A stretch of DNA of 63,253 nucleotides, the filler included, from Psammoneis japonica (lineage: Eukaryota): NCBI GenBank assembly GCA_008632985.1. It is 10 parts of 10 records of this genome, joined end to end, with 100 filler letters (N's around TTAATTAATTAA, not from the genome) between each part and the next. Parts side by side here need not be neighbours in the genome. Positions count along the whole stretch, not along the records: positions 46,814 to 52,295 come from QPGO01000561.1; positions 52,396 to 57,853 come from QPGO01000562.1; positions 57,954 to 63,253 come from QPGO01000563.1; 7 more parts are not named here. One strand, written 5' to 3'. Positions within the stretch are counted from its first letter, which is position 1, and every line of letters begins with the position of its first letter. Under the pieces are notes generated by a model. It searched no databases, was not told the DNA's origin, and saw only the letters and a list, made by a program, of their open reading frames with translations. A program made the translations under genes and the position numbers. Shown here piece after piece: positions 47,850-59,883 of this stretch.

Positions 47850-48986
47850 TTACACACCAGTTTGGTTGGTTGCCATGGCAGCAATTGCTCCCGCTCCGTT
47901 GCCGGCTGCCACTGCCTGCAATGGCAGGTCCTCACCCATCGGCACTGCCCATCCTTCCTCTCTCTCCTTTCTCTTTTCCTCTCTTTTGCGTTTCTTGTTT
48001 TCCTCCCTAGACAAGTTTGTCTTCTCTTGCCTTCTCTCCTTGAACCATGCACCAAATCCATGGTTGTTCTCTCTGTCTTTCACCACCCACTGACACAGAT
48101 CATTGCACTTCTTGATCCCATCCTTGCTCCATCCTTGGTTCCTCTTCACCGATTCCCCCGCTGCCTGTGCTGTGCACTTTGCAGGAGCAGCATCTTGCAC
48201 CGTCAGCTTCCTTCTCCTTGCAATGTTGTCTTCCTTTTCCAACTTCTCTGCCGTGTCCATCACCTTGTTGCAGTGGTTCAAGTGCACTGGCAGAGCAAAT
48301 GCCTCCGACAAAATGGAAAGCCACTCTTGGAGCATGTTGGTTGTGCTTCTACCAAACTGTGCTTGTCCCACCACCATTGGCACCACAGTTTCCAAGAACC
48401 ATGCACATGTGTCCTTGTCAGCTCTTCCCTTTGTCAAATCTTTGTACTCCACCAGTGATCCCTCTAAAGCAGCAACTGCACAGATAAAATCAAAGGCAGT
48501 GACACTCATCCCATTGGACAATCTCCTCCAACACAATTGAAGGCACGCACACAGCTGCTCACCTGTCATTCTCCTCCTAATGTTGTCCTGCACATTGTTC
48601 CTCTTGCGGTTGAGTTTGGTTCTGAACACCTCTTTGCATTCTTCCCAGAACGCCTCCGGCAAAGACACCATGCTCCTCAACTCCTGCAGAACTGTTTTCA
48701 TGCAATCTTCTCCTGCGGCCAGTTCTCGGTCGAAGATTGTGAACTGGCAATGTGGCCAAACACTTTCATTGATTGCCTTTGTCAGCATTGATCCTGTCAA
48801 TTTCTTGCCCACCGCTGGTGCATGATCCAACACAAGACATCCCTCCATGGGAGTCACCACAGAACTTGAATCCCCCCCATGCACTGGAATCTGTTTAATT
48901 CCCCATGTTCGTTTCTTTGTGCATTGAACAAGGCTGCCACCGCAGGACTCATGGTGACTTTGCGTGACACCACACAGGTAAATCAC
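47850..48986 (-). pseudogene. Repeat-associated hypothetical protein (SEAFAL...GWSKDG motif), with a probable GT-AG intron near 48563-48478
   Basis: 378-aa open frame with LSEAFAL..LN, KCT and GWSKDGIKKCNDLC..V.KDR. I associate this pattern with DNA-transposon accessory ORFs from recall, not from a search. The DNA is TpA-depleted. Confidence 0.5.
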
Positions 48987-49635
48987 AGGTCGTTAGTTCA
49001 CCAGCAACTCTTTGTCATGCCCTTTCTCAACCTGACTTACCACTCGACGTTTCACTTCCTCCCTCTGTCACTCCTGTTACAACTGTCTCCTCCATCTTTT
49101 TGTCCTTCCCAATGGCTGCTCCTTGTTTTGAACTTCCATCCTTTCCTGCTGATTTATGAACAGGTGATGTGCGAAATGAAGGCACTTTGCATGTGATTTT
49201 CTCTGTTTTGTCATTGCTCGCGTATCCTCTCTTGATTCAAACAGGTGTTTGTATCAATTTTGAGTGCTCATTTCCAACCCCATGTTTGAATTTCTATCAA
49301 TCTTCCACTGTTTTGAATTGTGCACCTTTGTGAGCCAATCCAATCCCTCAATGAAGATCACAATGTGTTTTTAAATCAATGTCAAAAACAACATGTCTTT
49401 TGTTCTTGTCTTTGTGCATGCATTGTGCCTGTTTCCTGACACAACATCAGTTTCATTTGGTTTAAAAAATTGTGTCAAACCCCCTGTTCTTTCACACAAA
49501 TCTGTGTCTCTCACTGCCCTTGTTTATCCAATCATGTCTTAATCGATCATTCCCTCAACTTCCCTGATGCCATCTCTCTCCAACTCCTCTCTGTGTCACC
49601 CAAACTGATCCAGTCCCCCTTTTAATGTCGCATGT

Positions 49636-50544
49636 GTGTGTGCACATGGGAACGCATCCATCCACAATTCCACACATTCTCTTTTGCTCCTCCAATGGTG
49701 CCAAAGCATCACATTGTCACTAAGATGTGGTTGTTGTGAATCGTTCCCATCACAGGAATGCGCGTTCCCTGCATTGCAGCAATGTGCCACCCCCATCGAT
49801 GATCAAATGGGTCGTGTTGCTGGTGGCGGTGTGGAATCACATGGTGGTGCAGCAAGCTTTGCCTTCTCCGATGAGGTTTTTTGTCACCCCGTTCTCTTTG
49901 CTGCTCACACTCGAAGCCCTTTTAACATCATCGACATTGGTGGTGGTTGTGCCGGTTTTGCAATTGCCTGTTGTTTGCTTGTTCCTTCCTGCAATGCCTG
50001 CAGCATTGAGTCACACCATCCTTGTCATGATTTGGGCTCTGAGTGGTGTCGTGCTGTCTGGCCCAACTTGCCCGGTTGTTGTCCTACCCTGATCAATCAG
50101 GATTTCCTCTCTGAAGATGATTCAGTTCACCGTTTGTACCATCAGAATAACACAAAGATTTTCTTCAACAATTTCAATGGGTGGATGCTTTTTGATGACA
50201 TTGGGACACAGAACCAACTCGAGGAGACACTGTCCAACAAGTGTCCTGAAGGTGCCATCGTCATTTCACTGGACGTGATGTTTTGTGGGCACACCCACAA
50301 ATGGAGGCATGCAGCATTTTTTGTTCCTGCCTGTCCAGACAATCTATCATGGGGAGGCGGTGTCAACAGGCACCTGCTTCACAAGTGCACCAAGAAAAGA
50401 GATGGCACTGTCGAGCCAAGGCATTCCACTAGGAACAACCCAGGGACTGACATCAAACGAAAGTTCAAGCCTTCCAAAAGTTGGCAGCTTGGTGCTGTCC
50501 TTTTCCTTAACTTTTTTCTATGCAAGCAATGCAATGTCAATTAG
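49636..50544 (+). pseudogene. DOT1-like class I SAM-dependent methyltransferase ORF, hypermutated
   Basis: Ordered motifs ESHGGAASF, IIDIGGG, SIE, QDFLSED, TKIFFNNF and QLEE...EGAIVIS parallel the DOT1 motifs YGE, DLGSG, GVE, GDFLSEE, VIFVNNF and EGGRIVS. Confidence 0.65.
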
Positions 50545-52729
50545 CCATTTACACCAATTTACTTCCTGCCTTTACCAGCTTACAACTTAGCTAGTTTTGC
50601 AGTCCAACAAATTCTTGTTCGTGCGCTTGCCATGTCAAAATTATGTGCCAGACATGCCATGTTCCTTCAATCCAAATTGGTTTTGTCAGGCAAAGCATGG
50701 TGCAGCATTCTTGCATCAAAATCAAATGCAGTGCCTGCTTCTCCCACCAGCAATTGTTTTTCCAAACCCAACCCAACCAAGAGTCTTTTGTGTTCTTTCT
50801 CATTCAACGTTACCTGGCAACCATCCAGCCTTGTCTTGATGGCACCATTGTCCTCCGTTGTGTCATCAAGGAACAGAAACACTGTGAAAATTTTGTTTCC
50901 TGGAAACAATTCTGTTTCCATGTAATCGCAATGAATTTCCCCCTTTGACCAGAAGTTGGACCTTGAACTTGAAGCAGGAGCATTTGCTGCCATGTGCCTG
51001 CTTGTCTCTTTCTGTCTAAATCATCAGCCATGGGAAAGCCAGGAATTAAGTCCAACATTTTTTCTGCCAACTCAATGCCCTCCGCCTTGTCCTTTTTGTT
51101 AATGGCAAACTCTCTGACAAAACGGTGTCCTTCCTTTTCTTGTTTGCTGCTTGGTGCCTTGTTTGCAAGAGCAGCAATTTGTTTGAGCAAGGGTTGTGGG
51201 GTTTTGAATTTTTGCAAGTGGCCTTTTTTCCCTTCCTGATGCAAACTTTCTTTGCACCTGGCCGCCTTCCTCTTGACGACATGTGATTTCACTTCATGCA
51301 GGTGGGTTGGCAACTTGCCATGTTTCCGACATGAGGTTGTCGGCCAATGTGCAAATTTCCTGCATCCATCAACAGAACACTTTCACACCATTCTCTGAAC
51401 ATGCGGAATTCTGCCAAATCAAATGGGACTTAGTCTGTTCATCATGCAGAACGCACCCAATTCAGCGAACGACCTCGGCTGTTTCTTTCCCATGCAATCT
51501 GTGTTGCACACGGCATCTGTCGGGTGCATGGCAGACATTTCTTTTGTAAACAGTCCCATGTGTTATGATCTTTGACCATCTTTTTTCCTTGGTGTTTTCA
51601 TTCAATTGGTGATCCTGGCTGCCTCAAAGCTTAGACACACCTTTGCTTCCACACTGTCATGTCATGGTTGTGGTGTGTCCCTTTGTTTTCAACACCGCCC
51701 CTGACACAAAGGAACAGTCACTGTCCCATGTTCATTCCGCACTCATTGAGATTATGGTGTACAATGAACATGCGCAAATCACACATTTGTCTGTCAACCA
51801 ATCATTTTGGTGTCAATTTTTTATGAATTCACACAATGAGAGCATCTCATGCATTTGTCTTGCAACAAATCAATTTGGCAGCACTTTTTTATAAATGCAA
51901 TGAACAAAAGCCTTTACATTGTTGTGATGTGTTGTCAATCTCCCGCAGCAAACAGCATCCTCACAATTCTGGTCCAATCACTGATCAACGAATGTTGGTC
52001 AGTTGTCGGACACTGTTGGGGCATCGTCATCTCTCTTTTCCATGATGTGCCATTCCCTGTGTGAAACAACAACCTCATCATGATCCCACCCTGTAGAATG
52101 CTTGCCAACCCGTTGCAAAACGGCTGCCTCACCTGTTGTGCCATGTTGCCGCAATGCAACCAACGAATCTCATTTTCCTCCAACACATCGCACTTCTTTC
52201 CTCTGATGTCCTTCCACCCAACACAACCTGGTGTTGCTTTGCCACTGCCATGTCACACAAAAGCATCGACAACTGTTCCATGTGGCCTTTGCCCCNNNNN
52301 NNNNNNNNNNNNNNNNNNNNNNNNNNNNNNNNNNNNNNNTTAATTAATTAANNNNNNNNNNNNNNNNNNNNNNNNNNNNNNNNNNNNNNNNNNNNAACGA
52401 CGACGACGTTTTGGTACAAACACGTTGTTGTTTCCTGGCATTTAACGTGAAACCACTGACAGGGAAACTCGACTCTGATTTGAAACGAGCATACAAGTTA
52501 AGTTGTAGACTACAGTAGCATGCACGCCACACGCCAGCTATCACCGGATGCTACTGTAGCTCATACCGGTAGTGGAGGTCTGTTGATGGTTCCGTTTAGT
52601 TCATTTTGCCGTTCTGCGATCTGCTATGGGTCCCAACGCCATGCTTCCACGTGTAATCACAAACCCCATTTTTTACTTTTTACCAAAATGGGTCGGAAGC
52701 AGAGGGTTGCGTTAGGCACAGAGCTGTGA

Positions 52730-55700
52730 CTAAAAATCGTCCCTCATGCTTTCACGTGTGATGAAGGTGCTCCGCGAAACATCAGCTCCATTTTCAAATG
52801 CCCGACACCATGAACAATGCACACTGCCCCACTCCATTCTTGCCAGATGTTGTCTTAAAGGGTGGAAGACAGACAATGCTCACATCTTGCGCATTTTGTG
52901 GCTCTGGCTGGGGGGTCAAAGTCTGGCCAATTCTGCCAAAACTGTTGAGTTGAGTGGGTCATGTGGGATTCAATGCATGTGTGCCGGCAGACCACTGCAC
53001 GAACCACGCCACGCAACCTTCTCTGATGGTGTCCATCAAGAATGCCCTGTGGGTGTTCCCAGTTCCAACAAAAACTCAAGTTGAGCTGAGCAGTTTTTTT
53101 GGAGATCTCCAGGAGGCCGGGGAACAGTGCAGTGGAAATCAGCCAGAAATTGACAGAACGCGGTGGGCAACCACCACTTGAGAACACATGGTTGGCTTTT
53201 CTGCTTGTTGCACTCCTGCCAATGTCAGACAGGTTGGCTCCTTCCTGCGCCATGAACAGACCAAGACAGTGCAATGGCCAGTGTCACCATGCTGACACAC
53301 TGACAAAAATCTTGCCAGCCAGGAACATGCCGCCGTGAGATCATGATGCACTCACATGCACCAGGCAAAGGCGACCCAAGCTGTTGGAGCTTTGCGGCTT
53401 GTCGACTGGCACACATTTGGTCTTGCCATCTCTGAACTCACCACATGGCTTTCAAACACACCATTGCTGTTGCTGTCCACTGCTGTTGCCATCATGTCAA
53501 CCGGGTGCAGAAGCCAAAAAGTGAGCACAAGACCCGCAACTCAACCCAAGTCAATTTTGCCAGAGTTGCCAGGAACATGCCACTGTGATGTCATGCTGCA
53601 TTCACACTCACCAGGGAAAGGAGACCTGAGCTGTTGAAGCTTCAAAGCTTCTTGCTGATGAGCACATGTCTGGTCTTGCCAGCATCTCTGAGCTCACCGT
53701 GGTGTGGCTTGCAAACACATTGCTGTTGCTGTCAGCCACTGTCACCATGTCAACCAGGTCAGAAGCTCAAAAGAGAGCACAAGAGGACCTGCAACTCAAC
53801 CTGAGTTGTGAGTGCAAACTTGCCATGTTGTCCACAATCCTGCAACTTTGTCTCTGTCTGTCCTGGAAAAATGCCTCCAACCTCAATGTTCAACACAACC
53901 ACTCCTTCACACAAGCTGTCAATTGATTGGCCTCATGCACATCAAGCACAGGAGGATGATGACACTTGAAGTCCATGCCACCCAACACCATGTTGACTGC
54001 TCTGATGGCTCTGATGGCCCACACCATCTGACTCTGTCAATGAGTGGTCATTGTCAGGGCAATCTTTTCTCACATCATGCCCAACCTCATTGCATTTTGA
54101 CTTCATCATCCAATCTGCTTCTTCTTGCTCAGCCCAATGGGAACTGCCAATGTTGGTTCTTCAAGACATGCCACAGTCTTTGGTGCCTTCCATTGGCACC
54201 ACCACAGACAACTTGTGCCCTTTTTCATTCTGGGTGTCATCAGCACCCTTGCTGAACCCATCTTCTTTCCTGGCAACTTTTTCAGATGCAGGTGGGAATC
54301 TGTGTGACAATGGGCCCACAGAATTCCAGGTGCAAGTTCTGCAGCAAAAACGTCAGGTTGTGAGTGTGCCAATGACTGTCAACAGAAAGGCCAAAGAGGC
54401 CATGTTTTGTGGTTGTGTGAACTTGTTCATGTGCTCAAATCACACTGGCTCTTGTTTGCCCTGGGGTGCATTCTGCAAACATTGGAGAATGTGCTGCTGC
54501 CTGGGCCAATTTTTGTCACTCAAATTGACAAAATAAAAAGCCTTCAGCTTTGCAAAAAACAGGGAGCACAAATCAATTCTGTGGAAGACAGCAAGCAGAA
54601 ATGGCACATGCGCAATTGACACAGAGGGTGGGCTCAGGGAATTTTGTGAGCTGGCCTGACTCTCATCCTGAAACACAAGATGTTGAGTGCTTCTCTAAGG
54701 CCATCAACACACTGTCAACAACTCAATTGCATTGTCAACAAATGATGGTTGCATGATGACAAGACTGGCCACAAGAAGGACTCTGCACGCACCATGGCTG
54801 GATGCAAGTGCAGAACATGCCTGTCTTGTCTGCAATTGGAAATGGCAGCAACAACACCTGCCTGCACTGGAAATCCCAAGACAGTGGTGGGTGATGGCAC
54901 GGATCTTGCCACTCCCCACACCTTTGCTGTGCATGAGGCTGAAACTTGGGCATGGAGTCCATGGAAGCTGCAGAAAAGACATTCTGAATTTGTTGAAACA
55001 GACACAGCAGATGGCAAGGATGGAGAAGTGCTTGTCATGAAGGAGCTTTGCAACAAAATCTTGAAAGATGACATGACTTCAAAGATGCCGCATTTCTTGA
55101 ATGGAACAGAACAAAAGCCATCAAGGCATGCATGAATTTTCTTGTGAAGAAAGATGCGGACAGGGCACAGTGCTCTGATTTCATCGTAGCTTGTGCAACA
55201 AAACCTTTTCACAACCAGATGAAAAGAAAAAAAAACCACATTTTGACCATTGCTTCAACACAATGTTTCCTTGCCTCAAGCAGGGTCCTGTTCAGCCAGT
55301 CACCAGGGATTTGCATCAAGTGGGATGCCACATTTGATCTGGCTGAGAGAATGGTGGGATCAACCCAGATGCAGAAGAAAAAGTCAATGCCTCAGTGATT
55401 GTTTTTGGTGGATGTGGTGATGTCATTGAACTGCGCTTTTGTGCAGATGCAAAGTGATGACTTGTCCCAAAAGCTCAGCTGTTTTCTCCACAAATGTTGT
55501 GAATGACTTGGGCAGACTGACATTGAAGGAGTTCCTCATTTTGCACACTCCAGTGCATGCTGTCTGTTGTGTGTGTGGGGGGGGGGGGGCAATGACTGCA
55601 AAGCCTGTTGGTTTGCACAGTGCTGGCATGTGTGGAGGAGGTGCCTTTCAAAAAGACAATGTGCACAGACAAAAGAAAGTTTGCAAGTCTGCTCATGGAC

Positions 55701-57340
55701 ATGACCATGAGCTGCACTGCACACTCACCAACTTGTTTAAGTTGGAGTGCCTTCAGTTTGATGAAGCCAGCAGCATCCATGCCTTTGAGCCATTCCAGAA
55801 AGAGTCCAACCAAGGGCATTTAATGTTCAAGGGAATGGGGGCCCCTTGAGCTGAAACACCAGAAATGCAAAGACAAAACTCCAAATCATGTTCCAGAAGC
55901 AGGTGCCATGGCAGAGGAAATTGAAAAATGCTGCGCCAACATGGAAAAAAGCAGATGAAAAGCTCAGAGCTGAAGAAACCTTCAAAGAGAATGAACACTG
56001 GTTGTGTGCTCTAAAGCCGGTGAAAGGAGAGCACTGGGGAGCTGAGGCTGAGGCTGACAACATGACAAACACACTCGCAAAGGCTGCTGTTGCTGTGCTT
56101 TGGGATTGATCCAGATGATGAGCACTCAGACAATGTGAGAATTTGGTCAACATTGCAAGGCAAGTCTTTCAACAAACATGCAAAGCATCTGGTGTGAGAC
56201 ATGAATCAGTTGTCACAAGGTTTTGCAAACAAAAAGCTGTGGCTCCAAGTGACACAATTCAATGTCACAAAGACAAGAAGCTTGTGAAGCTCTTAAAAGT
56301 TTCAAACCCTTGCACAACTGAGTGGCATTTGCGTGAAGCACTCATGTCTGTTCACTCTGGTCTGTTGTGGCACTCATGAGGAACAAGCAAAAGTGGAAGA
56401 AGAGCTGTCACTCATGATGTGGGTGTGGTTGGCTCATCAAATGAATGCACATTTTTGGAGCTGATGAGCAACAATGTTGCCATGGCTGGCACCACCAATG
56501 CTCCTGCTGCTTCTGTTTTCCCTGCTCTCATTGCTGCTGTCATGGCTTTCATGCCCAGAGTGCCAACACTGCCCCAGCCTTGTCATGACTCCCACACTGC
56601 TGCCATTGCCACTTTGAGATGCATGGCTTTGACACCCAGCACCAACATTGCGATGGCTGTCATGACTCCTGCTGCTGCTGTTGCCACTTTGGGAAGCAAC
56701 ACAAATGTCGCCCCTGCCTCTGACTTTTGTCATGGACAACAAGCATGGAATCAAAAGTTGAGCAAGATGGACATGGCTCCTGCACTCCAAAACACACACC
56801 TTGTGGAGTCAAAAGTGCTGTTGGATTGGCAGTTGAGGTTCAAAAAGTGTTTGGAAAGAACTTGAGAGATGGTGAGTTTTGTGACCACATGTCACAAGTG
56901 CACGAGACTGTCAACATGCAAGTCCAATGGAAATGTGGGAGGTGTGCTTGGCCTGGGCAGAAAGATTTGACCATGATCACATGTCAAGAAGCTTCTCAAG
57001 GAGCATGGCAGAAAAACATGCTGATTGCAGCCAGAGGCAGGAAATGACACAGTTGCAAACCGGGGATGACTGCCCAGGGCAGCTCTCACAAAATGCATGA
57101 TGCCCAGCTTGTCATTTGCTGACACATTGCCATGCCTTCAAGCAACAGGTGCTCCAATCATGAACACACCAAGCTGCTGCAACACAAATCTTGCTTGACC
57201 ACTTTGCTTGGAAGCCTGAAAATCACAAATTGACAATCCAGCAGAAGCCTTTCTCCATTTCTCCTTCTGTTTCTTTTCTCTCTCTCTTCCCCTTTTCTTC
57301 CTCTCCTTTTATTCTTCTGGGCCGCCTTCGGCGGGCACCC
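52730..57340. other. Unclassified TpA/CpG-depleted block, probably a transposon relic, between TpA-retaining flanks
   Basis: Composition switches at both ends. Broken ORFs on + (54749-56400) have no recognised domain. Confidence 0.55.
53320..53810. repeat. Tandem duplication, unit about 250 bp
   Basis: CAGGAACATGCC at 53320 and 53570, followed by aligned sequence through GCAACTCAACC. Confidence 0.8.
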
Positions 57341-59883
57341 TCTTTATACTTCGCACATTGCAAAATCTCCTCCTTGGGAGAATGGCAAATTTCAGTGACG
57401 AGTAAGAAAACAACAAATGGTTTTAAGAGAACCAATTCTGTGTAGCGCAACACAGATGTTTCTAGCAAAAACTGAAAATGCCAAAAGCTATGTTACAACT
57501 AACNCTTTCATTGCTCTCGCAACAAAACAGCGCATCAAGGTGTTGCGCCATCTCTGAATCCTTGTCACTGATGCTCCATAAATTGCTATGAAGCTTGATG
57601 GCACAAAATCTCGAATCATTTCGGTCGCTTCTTCCACAGACAATTTCTTAAATTTCAAGCCAGTCATACCGGTACGAGAAGGACATGGGGGTTTCTGGGG
57701 GAGGATCTATCATTATATCACAGTCGAGCCGGGGAAAAGTTAGACCACTGGCTGAACCGTCACGGTGGAAAAAGAAACTTGTCAACCTTTCCTTGATTTC
57801 TTGTGGGGAAGTGGCTTCCTCAGCCTCAGCTAATAGAACAGCCAGCCAGCTACNNNNNNNNNNNNNNNNNNNNNNNNNNNNNNNNNNNNNNNNNNNNTTA
57901 ATTAATTAANNNNNNNNNNNNNNNNNNNNNNNNNNNNNNNNNNNNNNNNNNNNTTGCTTGGTGATGGATTGTTTGGGTGGCAGGGGAGAAGTGTAGAAAG
58001 ACAGGGTTCATTGTTGGCTCTGTTGCTCTTGTTGCATTGCCAAAGATGAGGTCATGTTCTTTTTGGAAGAGTGGTTGCATGTTGCTGGGCTTGTGACCTT
58101 GAGCCAGAAGGCAAAGGCAGAGAGCAGCCTCATTTTTCCTGCATCAACGGGGTCAGAGCAAAGAAGGCTTTTGAACTGAAAAAGTGTGTCCATGACAAAG
58201 CTCCACAGTGCCACAGCTGGGCAAGCTGAGCATGGTGTGGCCCACACAGGTGCAGATTCATGGCTTTTCTCACTTTCTCACAGAAGATGGTTTGGATGTG
58301 CGGTCCTTGGAGTGAGGTGGTGAGGTCAGTTCACAGAGTTCAATCAGTGTGGTTGTGAAGTGGCAACACAGATGAAGCTCAAGTCATTGAGTCAGGAGGT
58401 GAGTGCTTCCCACATGTCATCATTGGTGCTGGCTGGATTGGCAATGTGCCAAATGCCAAAGATGACTTCTTCATGTGTGCTGTTGTGTGTGTGGTGGGTT
58501 GGGTGCTGTGTTGGTGCCAGGTGGTGTTCCTGAAGGTGAGGGTGTCATTCTGTGTGATGATCCAAAGTGTCTGGATGAGGGCTTCCATTGGCTGGGATTG
58601 GCCCAGGTGTTTGTGGTGGCACAGGCCCATGGCAATCTCATTGAAGGCTTTTCCAGCAGGGGTGTTGGAGCCATGGGCCTCATCATTGGATGTGAAGAGG
58701 AGGCATCTGGGCAGTGCAGACTCATTTGGGCATTTTTGTTCTTGAGATCTGATGCACTCTTGAGGCTGCCTCAGCTGCTGGTTTCTTTGGCAACTTGTTG
58801 GAGTTTGTGGTCCACCCAAATCTCCATCCACAGAGTGGGCTTCTGCTGGCAGATGCACTTGATTGCAGTTGCAGTGATGGGACTGGGGCACACCTTCAAG
58901 GTGAGGCAGAAGACCAAACTTGAGATTTTGTTGGCTGCTTTTCTGCGCAAGCACCCACTGGCAACCCCTGCGTGTGTTTCTACGCGTGCTCTCGCACTGA
59001 TGTCGCCCTTTTCAGACGGCGTTTCGCTGAGTCCCCTGTCAACCTTTTGGCCCCTTCTACCATTGGCACACCCTTTTATCTCCATGATGTGCAACAATTT
59101 TCAGTGGAAAACGACTGGCGTCGACACTTTATGGTTCGCACGCTTGTTGTCTTGTTTGGCAATTTTTTGCGGATTCGGTGCAATTTCTACACAGAATCCA
59201 GTACAAATTCTACGCGCTTCAGAAACATACACCGACAGTCATTGCGTCTCCGATACGATCAACTTCCATCCTTGCCCGAAAGCCCCCAACAATTTCTTTT
59301 ACTCCTGCTGGCCACTCAAGTTCTTCACCTCATGTGGTGAAAGTGCTGTCCCTGTTGTGGCGCCTGCGAGTGTTCGCATGGACAAACCATCGGCATCATC
59401 TGACCACCGTCCATTTGCTGTGCGGATCGGCTTTTCTACGCAAGATTCAGCATCAATTCTACGTGAGAATGACATTTCTTCCGACGACCTTCTCGTCACA
59501 TCACCAAGACTTCCTGTTTCATCCTTGCAAGTCACGAACATCCCCTTTTCTGCTTGCTGGCCCACCAAGATCACTGTTCCGAGCAGTGAACTGCACATTG
59601 TTGTTCTGGTTCATGCAATTGTGAAATTCAATCAGTCTTTGTTGAAGACAAGATTCTCCCTCAGAGGCAAAGATTTTCTCTCAGAGTGTGCGCTGACTTT
59701 GAATTCTCTGCTTAACTTGATTGTCCTTTGCTGTGGCGGTTTGGGTGCCTCACATCCTCTCCGAAAGAAAGCAACAATCTCATTCTGGTGCAATTTTTCC
59801 TTGACCTTTTATCACTGGTGCGCGTCACTGCAAAGCGGCACGTTGACTGACTGATCGCACGACATTCTCCCACACTCTCCTCG

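Noticed and set aside
50600..52295. Possible transposase or SET-domain remnants on the minus strand
   Set aside because: The frames are fragmentary with no convincing catalytic motif.
58475..59854. 459-aa ORF
   Set aside because: It has no recognisable domain and spans a composition boundary. Its length is plausibly due to stop-codon depletion.
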